Source: a virus
Lineage: Duplodnaviria > Caudoviricetes
Virus record (IMG/VR): IMGVR_UViG_3300050121_000298
Coordinates: 615 to 64,614 of that record
DNA: 64,000 nucleotides
Reading direction: 5' to 3' (one strand)
This document shows, in pieces, positions 1 through 8,318 of the stretch; within the stretch, counting starts at the first letter, position 1, and every line of letters begins with the position of its first letter. The position numbers and the translations under genes are program-made. A model generated the notes under the pieces. The model saw only the letters and a list, made by a program, of their open reading frames with translations. It was not told where the DNA came from and ran no database searches.

Positions 1-1
1 C

Positions 2-1492
2 TTCAATTTGGTTATCGACAATCCTAAAGATCTGGATGGCCTTCCAAAAGATATTATTGAAGCAGCAGCCACAACAGCAAAAGAGATGAATATGGCCGGC
101 AAATGGGTTTTCACTTTACAGAAACCCAGTATGTTGCCATTCCTTCAATTCGCAAAAAACCGCAGCCTGCGCGAAAAACTGTATCGTGGTTATTTCGAGC
201 GTGGCAACAACAACAATGCTTTCGATAACAAGGAATCGATCCTGAACATCACCAACCTCAGAGCTGAGAGGGCAGTATTGCTTGGTTTCAAATCGCATGC
301 CGATTATGTAATCAGCAACAATATGGCCAAGACTCCTGCAAATGTTTATGAATTTCTTGAAAACATCATGGTGCCTGCCCAGAAAGCAGCCATGAAAGAC
401 CGTGATGGCATGCAGAAAATCATTGACCAGGAAGGTGGTAAATTCAAACTGGCCTCCTGGGATTGGTGGTTTTATGCTGAGAAACTGCGAAAAGCAAAAT
501 ATAATCTTGAAGAATCGGAGATCAAACCCTATTTCGCGTTGAGCAATGTAAGAGACGGAATGTTTTATGTTGCAAACAAACTTTACGGCATAAGCTTTAC
601 CAGACTGACCAACGTACCGGTTTATCATCCTGAAGTAGAGGCTTATGAGGTGAAAGAAGCCAATGGTTCACACCTCGGTGTCTTGTTCATGGACTTCCAT
701 CCCCGTCCCGGAAAACGCGTTGGCGCCTGGACCGGTCGTTTCAGAAGTCAGGGCTACGAAGATGGCAAAAAGATCTATCCGCTTGTAACCATCGTTTGCA
801 ACTTTACCAGACCAACTGCTGATGCCCCTGCCCTGTTAACATGGGATGAAGTAACCACCATGTTTCATGAGTTTGGACACAGCTTGCATGGCTTATTTAC
901 AGATGGCAAATATGACCGTATAGCCGGAAATATTCCACGCGACATGATTGAACTGCCATCACAGTTCATGGAAAATTATGCTGCCGAACCCGAAGTGTTG
1001 AAAGTATATGCAAAACATTACAAAACAGGTAAAGTCATGCCACTGGAACTCATGGGCAAGTTAAAAAAGAGCCTGATCTTCAACCAGGGTTTTGAAACCG
1101 TTGAATATATTGCGGCTTCATTCCTTGATCTGGACTGGCACAACATACCAGGACCTCAGAAAGTGGACGTCCTTGATTTTGAAAAACAATCGATGAAAAA
1201 AATCAACCTCATGGATGAAATCCTTCCCCGTTACCGCACAACCTATCATAACCACATGGCCGGCGGTTATTCAGCCGGATACTATGTTTACCTGTGGGCT
1301 GCTGTACTCGATACCGATGCATTTCAGGCATTCAAAGATTCGGGTGATATCTTTAATCCAAAGATCGCAGCCAGCTTCCGTAAGAACATCCTGACCGAGG
1401 GTGGTAATGATGAAGGTATGGTTCAATACAACAAGTTCAGAGGACAAGAGCCTTCAAAAATCCCGTTGCTCAAAAAACGAGGCCTGGACTAA
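2..1492 (+). CDS. dcp: M3 family metallopeptidase (peptidyl-dipeptidase Dcp-like), 5' end outside window
   Basis: HEFGH zinc motif, DMIELPSQFME and GGYSAGYYVYLWA motifs of M3A peptidases; frame is open to the window edge. Confidence 0.9.
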   Translation, partial: FNLVIDNPKDLDGLPKDIIEAAATTAKEMNMAGKWVFTLQKPSMLPFLQFAKNRSLREKLYRGYFERGNNNNAFDNKESILNITNLRAERAVLLGFKSHADYVISNNMAKTPANVYEFLENIMVPAQKAAMKDRDGMQKIIDQEGGKFKLASWDWWFYAEKLRKAKYNLEESEIKPYFALSNVRDGMFYVANKLYGISFTRLTNVPVYHPEVEAYEVKEANGSHLGVLFMDFHPRPGKRVGAWTGRFRSQGYEDGKKIYPLVTIVCNFTRPTADAPALLTWDEVTTMFHEFGHSLHGLFTDGKYDRIAGNIPRDMIELPSQFMENYAAEPEVLKVYAKHYKTGKVMPLELMGKLKKSLIFNQGFETVEYIAASFLDLDWHNIPGPQKVDVLDFEKQSMKKINLMDEILPRYRTTYHNHMAGGYSAGYYVYLWAAVLDTDAFQAFKDSGDIFNPKIAASFRKNILTEGGNDEGMVQYNKFRGQEPSKIPLLKKRGLD

Positions 1493-1507
1493 AAAATAAT
1501 TTATTTT

Positions 1508-1554
1508 AAAAAAAGAGCTGGTGCAGATTTTAAATCTGCACCAGCTCTTTTTTT
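1508..1554. terminator. Rho-independent, probably bidirectional terminator
   Basis: Perfect inverted repeat AAAAAAAGAGCTGGTGCAGATTT-t-AAATCTGCACCAGCTCTTTTTTT just after the dcp stop. Confidence 0.9.
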
Positions 1555-1686
1555 GTATCCCTTTCATTTAATGGTTCTTAAATTTTAGAATACTGGCCCT
1601 GTGATTTGATATTAAATCATCTGAAACAATACTTGACAATTTTTCGGCCATGTTAAAAAATCGGGTAGAATATTTAGAGATAAGCC

Positions 1687-1845
1687 GGGTATAACTTGGG
1701 TATAAGCTGAGTATGAGGTGGGTATAAATTGGGTCTAAAGACCCGAATTATCCCCAAATTATATCCGGATTATTTTCTGATTAATTCCATTTTATTCTTA
1801 AATTATCAAAAAATTATCAAAAAATGGTCAAACCCTGGTCAAAGA
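1687..1845. repeat. Degenerate 11-bp-period repeat array in two opposed halves
   Basis: GGGTATA-like units at 1687, 1698, 1709, 1720, 1731; ATTAT-like units at 1747, 1758, 1769, 1780, 1791, 1802, 1813, drifting to TGGTCAAA at 1824 and 1835. Confidence 0.65.
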
Positions 1846-1904
1846 CAATTTAGAAAAGGATACTTTAAAAATGAGCTAAATAAATCCGTTGATTTTTTGA
1901 AGAC

Positions 1905-1949
1905 AAAAAAAATCAGCCGGTTACAGATTGTAACCGGCTGAAATTATTT
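1905..1949 (-). terminator. Rho-independent terminator downstream of the GH28-like gene
   Basis: Stem TCAGCCGGTTACA-gat-TGTAACCGGCTGA with an A-tract on its left (U-tract on the - strand). Confidence 0.8.
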
Positions 1950-1972
1950 TCGAAATTGGTTGAATTATTAAA

Positions 1973-2323
1973 TTATAGATTCCTCGTTGTTAATTTCTTG
2001 ATTTCCGTATCTTTCAGATCCTTGCAACGGAAAGTAGTGAAGTCGGTGACATCCTTCAATACAAATATCGGAACGCCTGCAGCATGCTGAGCCTTCAGGT
2101 TAATGAAGTCGGCGCCTTTCACATCATTCAAATAGATGGCAGGTCTTACATCATCTTTCATGTAACTCACCTCGACATTATCCATTTCCAGTCCCTTTAC
2201 GTGACGGACAAAGAAGCCGTAACTCGAGATCTCCCCAAACATGTTGGGCTCGGGATAGGTATTCTCTTTTTCAGGAACTTCTAAAGCAGCCTGTTCTTTT
2301 GTGCCGCCACCCTGATAATAAAT
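1973..2323 (-). pseudogene. C-terminal remnant of a GH28/polygalacturonase-like beta-helix protein
   Basis: IYYQGGGT...PEKENTYPEPNMFG..SYGFFVRHVKG..D.RPA is typical of Bacteroidota GH28 C-termini; the N-terminal part is absent and similarity stops abruptly near 2323. Confidence 0.7.
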
Positions 2324-2338
2324 TGGGATGAAAAACAA

Positions 2339-2376
2339 AAAACACCCATGTAATCTAAAGACTACATGGGTGTTTT
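2339..2376 (-). terminator. Hairpin terminator downstream of the tRNA fragment
   Basis: AAAACACCCATGTA-N10-TACATGGGTGTTTT inverted repeat with an A-rich left flank. Confidence 0.7.
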
Positions 2377-2387
2377 ATTTCATTTCA

Positions 2388-2436
2388 GTGACCTCGAAGG
2401 GACTCAAACCCTTGACCTTCAGAACCGGAATCTGAC
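2388..2436 (-). tRNA. 3' half of tRNA-Arg(CCG); non-functional fragment, putative att site
   Basis: - strand GTCAGA-TTCCGGT-TCTGA AGGTC AAGGG-TTTGAGT-CCCTT CGAGGTC AC gives anticodon arm (CCG), variable loop, T arm and 3' acceptor strand; no D arm or 5' acceptor strand upstream. Confidence 0.85.
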
Positions 2437-2493
2437 AATTCATGAAGTATAGTCAGTTTACTTATAGTGTGTTATAAATTGTTTTTTCATCTC

Positions 2494-2514
2494 TGGTATT
2501 ACATTGGTATTACA
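2494..2514 (+). repeat. Direct repeat TGGTATTACA x2, candidate integrase arm-type sites
   Basis: 10-mers at 2494-2503 and 2505-2514, about 60 bp inside the tRNA fragment. Confidence 0.5.
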
Positions 2515-2686
2515 AACACTAAAAACACGTTTTTCTTTGTCTAAAATGAAGCTTCTTTATTCTTTTCTGTGCCTTTTGAGAACATCTACAGATACCCCTT
2601 ATTGTGAATACAAGAGGAAAACCTTAAAGATTTAACAAATATAACGAAAATAAACGACATATTCACATTTTTTTGTAAAATTCTAT

Positions 2687-2736
2687 TATATTTGTAGAAA
2701 TAACTTCACCAAGTAAACATTAAATGTCTACATTTG
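2687..2736 (+). promoter_or_regulatory. Bacteroidota sigma-A type -7 boxes
   Basis: TATATTTG at 2687-2694 and TACATTTG at 2729-2736 match TAnnTTTG, upstream of the 2841 ORF. Confidence 0.55.
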
Positions 2737-2752
2737 TTCAGTTCTTAGGAAA

Positions 2753-2806
2753 TACTACTAAGATTTTTGTACCCTACTACTAAGGTTTTTGTACCCTACT
2801 ACTAAG
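2753..2806 (+). repeat. 22-bp tandem repeat (2.5 copies), iteron/operator-like
   Basis: TACTACTAAGrTTTTTGTACCC at 2753 and 2775, TACTACTAAG at 2797. Confidence 0.8.
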
Positions 2807-2840
2807 AACTAGTAAATAATATTAAAATATACAAAATATC

Positions 2841-3161
2841 ATGAAACAATTTGCATTAACGCCTGATCAAATATCCGAAATGCAGAAACTTTTGGAAACA
2901 GGGTACACCCCTTTAGACATTTCCAGATACTTCGAGATCGGAATTACGTCTGTTCATAATTATAAAAACAGACTAAAGGAAAAAGGAATAGTTCTTCCAA
3001 GCGTGAAAGGAAAGCGCCCTCAAGGATTAGTTCCATTAAAAGATGATGAACTTGTAACAGGCAAAACCATCAAAGTCTACATCAATGGTGTCATGTTTAG
3101 CGTAACAGGAAAACCAAAAAGTGTAATCATAACAGAAGATAACCTAGAAGTTACTTACTAA
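2841..3161 (+). CDS. Helix-turn-helix DNA-binding protein
   Basis: LLETGYTPLDISRYFEIGITSVHNYKNRL fits an HTH pattern; has its own promoter and terminator. Confidence 0.7.
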   Translation: MKQFALTPDQISEMQKLLETGYTPLDISRYFEIGITSVHNYKNRLKEKGIVLPSVKGKRPQGLVPLKDDELVTGKTIKVYINGVMFSVTGKPKSVIITEDNLEVTY

Positions 3162-3186
3162 TATACCCTTTTATTGAATGTTCTTC

Positions 3187-3224
3187 ATGCGGTATGATCT
3201 TTAAGATTGTGCCGCATTCTTTTT
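3187..3224 (+). terminator. Rho-independent terminator
   Basis: ATGCGGTATGATCT-tta-AGATTGTGCCGCAT followed by TCTTTTT. Confidence 0.75.
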
Positions 3225-3309
3225 GCCCTATGTTTTCTTAAATAAAAATCATATGTGTAGAACATATATCATATTTGTATACCTTAGCGTCATCTTAATA
3301 CCCTGAAAG

Positions 3310-3594
3310 ATGATAATAAGTTTACCAAGCGGAAGATGTGCCGAGATGAGTGTTGAACAGTACCTGTCTATGACTCTCGAAGATCTATCTGACATAGAAG
3401 CATATGGTTACGGTGAAGAAATTTACGATCCGTTTCACGCCTCTGTACTCACATTCGGAGAATTAAAAAGCCCAAAGTCCTTTAATGAGCCTGAAGAATC
3501 GGAAGATTCAGAGGAATTATTAGAGGATTTGTTGTCTATAACTGAAGAGGTTAAACGCGCCGATAAAGAATTTATCTGCGAAGACGAGGCTTAA
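3310..3594 (+). CDS. Small highly acidic phage protein
   Basis: ORF at the head of an operon, preceded by a promoter-like box; roughly 26 D/E in 94 aa. Confidence 0.65.
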   Translation: MIISLPSGRCAEMSVEQYLSMTLEDLSDIEAYGYGEEIYDPFHASVLTFGELKSPKSFNEPEESEDSEELLEDLLSITEEVKRADKEFICEDEA

Positions 3595-3653
3595 TCACCT
3601 TCTTATATCCTGATGCTGCCTGGCCGCCAACTGGTAATTACTAAACCCATCTC

Positions 3654-3950
3654 ATGCAAAAAACAAAGATCAAACCCGTCTCCAAGAAAAGGCAGACACT
3701 TAACAGAATGTACACCATTCTGAGAAAGGCTTTCTTCTTGGAACCAAAGAACCAGTATTGTCATGCTCATCTCTCAGGATGCACAGGAAACAGGCAAGAA
3801 TATTTAACGGTGCACCATAAGAAAGGACGAGGAAAATACTTCCTTGATGTTTCGACATGGTTATCAGCATGTTTTAACTGTCATCAATGGATCGAGACGC
3901 ATCCAGAAGAAGCTAAAGAACTTGGACTCAGTGAGTCAAGATTATCATAA
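3654..3950 (+). CDS. HNH/NinG-like endonuclease
   Basis: C..C, TVHHKKGRG and CFNCHQWI zinc/HNH-like motifs. Confidence 0.7.
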   Translation: MQKTKIKPVSKKRQTLNRMYTILRKAFFLEPKNQYCHAHLSGCTGNRQEYLTVHHKKGRGKYFLDVSTWLSACFNCHQWIETHPEEAKELGLSESRLS

Positions 3951-3972
3951 TCACTAACTAACATTAACACTC

Positions 3973-4182
3973 ATGACTGTTTTTAAAGGTTATTACTGTT
4001 TTGGAGCAGCCTCGCAACAAGCGGCTGACTCACAACAAGGACTCTGTATCTGGATGCAAGGGCCTCCTAGCAGAACACGAAAGTATTTTATGAAGCTGTT
4101 ATTCGACGCTTACTGGATATACCGTGAAAAGATCAAAGACACCTCAAAAAAGAAAACCACACCTAATTATGACAAATCGTGA
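3973..4182 (+). CDS. Hypothetical phage protein
   Basis: ATG-started ORF filling the gap between operon genes. Confidence 0.5.
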   Translation: MTVFKGYYCFGAASQQAADSQQGLCIWMQGPPSRTRKYFMKLLFDAYWIYREKIKDTSKKKTTPNYDKS

Positions 4183-5254
4183 AGAAATTATCAATAAAGC
4201 TCTATCTATTATCCTGCCCTTAAAACGCAGTGGAATAGGTTTGGCGATGGGAATCGGGAAGACCTTCATAGGACTTAAACACATGGAGAACCGGTACAAC
4301 AAAGGCAAACGAAAGTTCCTTGTAGTTGCACCTAAACTCTCTATCATCGAGACCTGGAAGAGTGAAGCCGTAAAATTCCACATGGAGTATCTTATCGGAC
4401 ATGTCAACTTTACTACCTATCTGAGTCTGAACAAACAGTCAACAGATTATGATGTAGTTTATCTTGACGAGTGTCACAGCCTTACATATGGTCATGAACT
4501 CTGGTTAGGTATGTTCGGGGGAGAAATACTGGGATTAACAGGTACACCCCCAAAGCGTGATGACACAGAAAAAGGCAAAATGATAAGCATGTTCTGTCCT
4601 ATCGTATATACCTACGTGGTAGACCAGGCAGTTGACAGCAAGATTCTGAATAACTACAAAATCATTGTCCATGCTCTGCCACTGGGTCAACAGAACACAT
4701 ACCTGATCAAAACCAAGACGAGAAACTTCATGACCAGTGAACAGAAATCATACAAGTACTGGACCGACATGGTGGAAGCCGCAGGATCTAAAAAAGAGGA
4801 GATGTTTCAACGTATCAAACGCATGATGCATATGAAAGCCTTTCCTTCTAAGCTGAAATATGCTTTGACTCTTGCAGGGGAAACCACAGACAAAGTACTC
4901 ATCTTTTGTAACACTCAGGAACAAGCCGAACAAGCATGTAAGTTTTCTGTCCATAGTAAGAACCCGGACAGTAAAGCAAACCTTAAGATGTTCGAGTCAG
5001 GTGCTATCAGAAGACTATCTTGCGTACAACAGCTTAATGAAGGAGTAAACATCCCTAACCTGAAAGAGTGTATCGTTTTACATTCTTATGCCAATGAACG
5101 TAACTTCTCTCAGCGATTTGGCAGGATGCTCAGACTAAATCCTGATGACACAGCGACCATACATATTTTAATGTATACAGGTACTGTGGACGAACAATGG
5201 GTAATGAAAGCCTTGGAGGAATTTGACAGTTCTAAAATATCGTACAATGTCTAG
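4169..5254 (+). CDS. Superfamily 2 (DExH) helicase
   Basis: Walker A MGIGKT, DECH, TGT, LNEGVNIP, QRFGRMLR; ATG at 4169 preferred over GTG at 4124. Confidence 0.9.
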   Translation: MTNREEIINKALSIILPLKRSGIGLAMGIGKTFIGLKHMENRYNKGKRKFLVVAPKLSIIETWKSEAVKFHMEYLIGHVNFTTYLSLNKQSTDYDVVYLDECHSLTYGHELWLGMFGGEILGLTGTPPKRDDTEKGKMISMFCPIVYTYVVDQAVDSKILNNYKIIVHALPLGQQNTYLIKTKTRNFMTSEQKSYKYWTDMVEAAGSKKEEMFQRIKRMMHMKAFPSKLKYALTLAGETTDKVLIFCNTQEQAEQACKFSVHSKNPDSKANLKMFESGAIRRLSCVQQLNEGVNIPNLKECIVLHSYANERNFSQRFGRMLRLNPDDTATIHILMYTGTVDEQWVMKALEEFDSSKISYNV

Positions 5255-5624
5255 TGGAACAATAATGCTAAAATTCGAGGGCGACACCCTTGTCCCTGTT
5301 AATAACAAGGATGTCGTTCTCTTTAATCAGCTACGAAAAGCTGTAGGTGATGGGACTATGATCGGGTACTTAGATGAAGCAGACAGTGAAGATCATCGCA
5401 ACTACCTGGCAAAAGTGCATAAATCAATAAGAGTATTGTCTTTTCATACGGGTTTTACTTTTGAGGAGATGAAGAGTGTCATTAAAAAACGTTCTGGTCT
5501 GTATATGACATCTAAATTAGGCATCGAGTATAAAAGTTTTGCTTATTGTACTAAAGAAGAATTAATGTTGGCAATACAAGCTTGTGTGGATCTTTCTATT
5601 GATGTTGATGTTACGATTTACTGA
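5247..5624 (+). CDS. NinB-like recombination protein
   Basis: HTGFTFEEMKSVIK...KSFAYCTKEELMLAI resembles NinB/Orf family; overlaps the helicase stop. Confidence 0.55.
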   Translation: MSSGTIMLKFEGDTLVPVNNKDVVLFNQLRKAVGDGTMIGYLDEADSEDHRNYLAKVHKSIRVLSFHTGFTFEEMKSVIKKRSGLYMTSKLGIEYKSFAYCTKEELMLAIQACVDLSIDVDVTIY

Positions 5625-5911
5625 TCAGCCGGGACAATATAGCCTTCTTGTTTGGCTAATTCCTCAAACTCTTTTAGAAAGATAAGCATTGTTTCATAAT
5701 GAGATACCCAAGGATCAGTGATGGTATCAGTCTCGATTTGTTTGTTAATGAGCTTCATCTTTTCAAGATCAAGTTCACCGTTTTCGAATGAACAATTTGT
5801 GATAAGAAGGTACTCGGCTGTGTCAGCGATTCGAATCTGAAAAGCCGTACAGACTTTCATGGATACGATTGCAGTTGGCACGATGGTTTCAATGCTAGGA
5901 TTTGGTGTCAT
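5618..5911 (-). CDS. Hypothetical phage protein, opposite orientation to its neighbours
   Basis: ATG-started ORF filling the gap; promoter-like TATCTTTA on the - strand near 5950. Confidence 0.6.
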   Translation of the reverse strand: MTPNPSIETIVPTAIVSMKVCTAFQIRIADTAEYLLITNCSFENGELDLEKMKLINKQIETDTITDPWVSHYETMLIFLKEFEELAKQEGYIVPADQ

Positions 5912-5987
5912 CGTTTAGTTTAGCTTATGTCTACAATTAAAGTAGTGCGTAAAGATATAAACTTTCAAACATATTATAGGAATTTTT

Positions 5988-6698
5988 ATGAAAAAGAATA
6001 ATTATGCTGATACAGCCGAAAAACTGCAAGTATTTTTCAAGCAATCTGGTTGGTTTGATGTCTTTAAAACGTTCTTACTTAGTGAAGATTTTGTAAAGAT
6101 CATTGTACAACTCAGTGACAATGTAGACGATGGTTTGCGTTTTACTCCGACACTAAAACAAGTCTTTAATGCATTCATAAAATGTAAATATGACACGTTA
6201 AAAGTAGTGATAATCGGTAAATATCCGTATGAAAGCATTGGGATAGCCGATGGCATGGCATATTCATGTTCAAATACAGGTAAACCTGTACTTGTTTTAC
6301 GCAATATCCTGAATGCTGTATCAAAGACGGTGTATCCCAAAGAAACCAGACAAAAAAATCCAAATCCTGACCTATCACGATGGGCCGAACAGGGAGTCTT
6401 GTTACTCAATTTGAGTCTTACTACAGGTATCGACAAGAGAAATAACCATGAAAAGATATGGCAGCCTTTCACAGCGTTTGTGATAGACACTTTAAGTAAA
6501 AAGAACCCCGATCTGGTCTGGATATTACTCGGTAACACCTGTGAAATTAAAGACCTTATAAGTGGAGACGATCTCACGATTTTGAGTGGCAACTCTTTGG
6601 GAACTCCGATGAACTTTTCGAATTGGGACTGTCACGATATTTTTAATCGAGCCAATGTTCAACTTCTAAAAATAAATAAAGAATCTATTGTTTGGTGA
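5988..6698 (+). CDS. Family-1 uracil-DNA glycosylase homologue with degenerate catalytic motifs
   Basis: VFNAF..C....LKVVIIG, DLSRWAEQGVLLLN.SLT and HEKIWQPFT are UNG-like; GQDPY reads GKYPY and no HPSP motif is present. Confidence 0.8.
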   Translation: MKKNNYADTAEKLQVFFKQSGWFDVFKTFLLSEDFVKIIVQLSDNVDDGLRFTPTLKQVFNAFIKCKYDTLKVVIIGKYPYESIGIADGMAYSCSNTGKPVLVLRNILNAVSKTVYPKETRQKNPNPDLSRWAEQGVLLLNLSLTTGIDKRNNHEKIWQPFTAFVIDTLSKKNPDLVWILLGNTCEIKDLISGDDLTILSGNSLGTPMNFSNWDCHDIFNRANVQLLKINKESIVW

Positions 6699-6702
6699 TA
6701 GT

Positions 6703-6730
6703 GTTCTACACTATCTTTGTAAGCTCTACA
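6703..6730 (+). promoter_or_regulatory. TAnnTTTG promoter flanked by TCTACA motifs
   Basis: GTTCTACA 6703-6710, TATCTTTG 6712-6719, TCTACA 6725-6730. Confidence 0.6.
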
Positions 6731-6740
6731 TTTTAAAACT

Positions 6741-7754
6741 ATGGCTAAACCTGCTAATCTCGGAATTAAACATGTCAGCAGAACTTATGATGAAACACTG
6801 GATTTCATCAAAAAGCGTGCCTCGGGTGAAGAAAGATCGATATTAACTCCATGGGCCAGCATGAACGATGGCTTATTGGATGGTATCCCCTGGAACAGCG
6901 TGACGGTAATTGGAGCGAGACCGGGTACAGGCAAGACACTTATAGCAAGTCTCATCACAAGAAATTCTTTTGCCTTAAATCCTACTCAGGACTTTGTGGT
7001 GTTGGACTTTCAATATGAAATGCTTGCTCGTAACAGTGCCTTAAGGGACCTGGGACGATACTCCGGAAAGAGTATGCGTCAACTTAACTCATGCAGGAGA
7101 GACGGTATCATGACCGCTAAAGATATAGCAGAGGCAGAGGCATTTTTTAACATGAAACGAACACATCCTATATATGTCAAAGAAGAACCATGTACGGTAG
7201 CGCGGATGGCAGAGATCCTTCCAGAGTTCTGTGATGATCCTCGTATTAAAGGAAAACGTGTGATCGTGACTTTGGATCATACCTTACTTGTGAAACAAGA
7301 TTCCAAGACAGAGAACTCGTCCAACGAGACATTGTATCATCTAGGTGCCTTCCTCTCTACTGCGAAGAGACAACTACCTGTTACATTTATCATCCTGTCT
7401 CAACTCAAGCAAGAGGTAGATGGAGTAGAACGTACTCGTATTCCTTTAAACCACTATCCTGTCATGCGAGACATACTCGGTGCCGACTCTATTACGCAGA
7501 ATGCAGATACCGTCATCATCATGAATCGTCCTGCAAAGAATCAGATCTGGAAATACGGGCCCAAAGAATTTAATATTGTCGATGACAAAGTCATGGCAGT
7601 ACATATCGTCAAGGGACGTGACGGAGGAGAGTCAATGTTTTGGCTCAAAGCCGATTTTGAACATATGAATATCTTGGACATGCCTCATTCTGAGATTCCA
7701 TTGCCCACATCATCCGCTGCTCCCGCATATTCGGGTGCAACTTATAAAAAATAA
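6741..7754 (+). CDS. dnaB: DnaB-like replicative helicase (C-terminal RecA-fold domain only)
   Basis: GARPGTGKT Walker A, FQYEM, LDH, IILSQL, DSITQNADTVI, KGRDG. Confidence 0.88.
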   Translation: MAKPANLGIKHVSRTYDETLDFIKKRASGEERSILTPWASMNDGLLDGIPWNSVTVIGARPGTGKTLIASLITRNSFALNPTQDFVVLDFQYEMLARNSALRDLGRYSGKSMRQLNSCRRDGIMTAKDIAEAEAFFNMKRTHPIYVKEEPCTVARMAEILPEFCDDPRIKGKRVIVTLDHTLLVKQDSKTENSSNETLYHLGAFLSTAKRQLPVTFIILSQLKQEVDGVERTRIPLNHYPVMRDILGADSITQNADTVIIMNRPAKNQIWKYGPKEFNIVDDKVMAVHIVKGRDGGESMFWLKADFEHMNILDMPHSEIPLPTSSAAPAYSGATYKK

Positions 7755-7757
7755 ATC

Positions 7758-8312
7758 ATGTCAGAACCTACCAGTTATGTAAAAATTTCAACAGAAGAAC
7801 GTAACCGAAAGATTGCCGAGATCAAGGCTTTCTGGAAGACTACACTAGCTGCTACTCCTTTTAAGGAGGCTGCTCCAATACCTAAACAGATGTACTACAA
7901 CTCATCTGACCCCGACAGTAGGGGAATATACTGTTTTAAGAATGAACTTTCTGCCGGTGATATCCTGATAGAAGTGGTGAATGCTGACTTTGTACCTATC
8001 GAAACAAAACGTTGTATACATATCCTCAAGCAAAACCCTGATTTTCTCACAGAGTATGTCGCTACAGGGAGTTATGACAGTTATGTCGTTCCGCTATCAA
8101 AGTTAACCTTGCTGATCACCGCGAGAGAACCTGAGTCTACACCAGAAGTCAAAGCCAACCTGGCAACACTTTCTGAGAGTCTTCCTGTGAGTAAGATGTT
8201 TGGCGATAATCCGGACTGCAATTTTGCAGACATCACGGCCCGCGACCTGTTTGCTATCCTACACCAAAAACCTGTCTCTAACAAAGACTGGATCAACGAA
8301 ATGGTTAAATAA
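7758..8312 (+). CDS. Hypothetical phage protein
   Basis: Tightly packed operon ORF of 184 aa. Confidence 0.7.
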   Translation: MSEPTSYVKISTEERNRKIAEIKAFWKTTLAATPFKEAAPIPKQMYYNSSDPDSRGIYCFKNELSAGDILIEVVNADFVPIETKRCIHILKQNPDFLTEYVATGSYDSYVVPLSKLTLLITAREPESTPEVKANLATLSESLPVSKMFGDNPDCNFADITARDLFAILHQKPVSNKDWINEMVK

Positions 8313-8318
8313 TAAACT

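Noticed and set aside
1729-1941. 70-aa ORF
   Set aside because: TTG start, runs through the repeat array and a terminator; probably not coding
2388-2460. Complete functional tRNA-Arg gene
   Set aside because: No D arm or 5' acceptor strand upstream of the anticodon stem; only the 3' half exists
2753-2806. CRISPR mini-array
   Set aside because: Sequences between the repeated cores are near-identical 12-mers, not unique spacers; no cas operon
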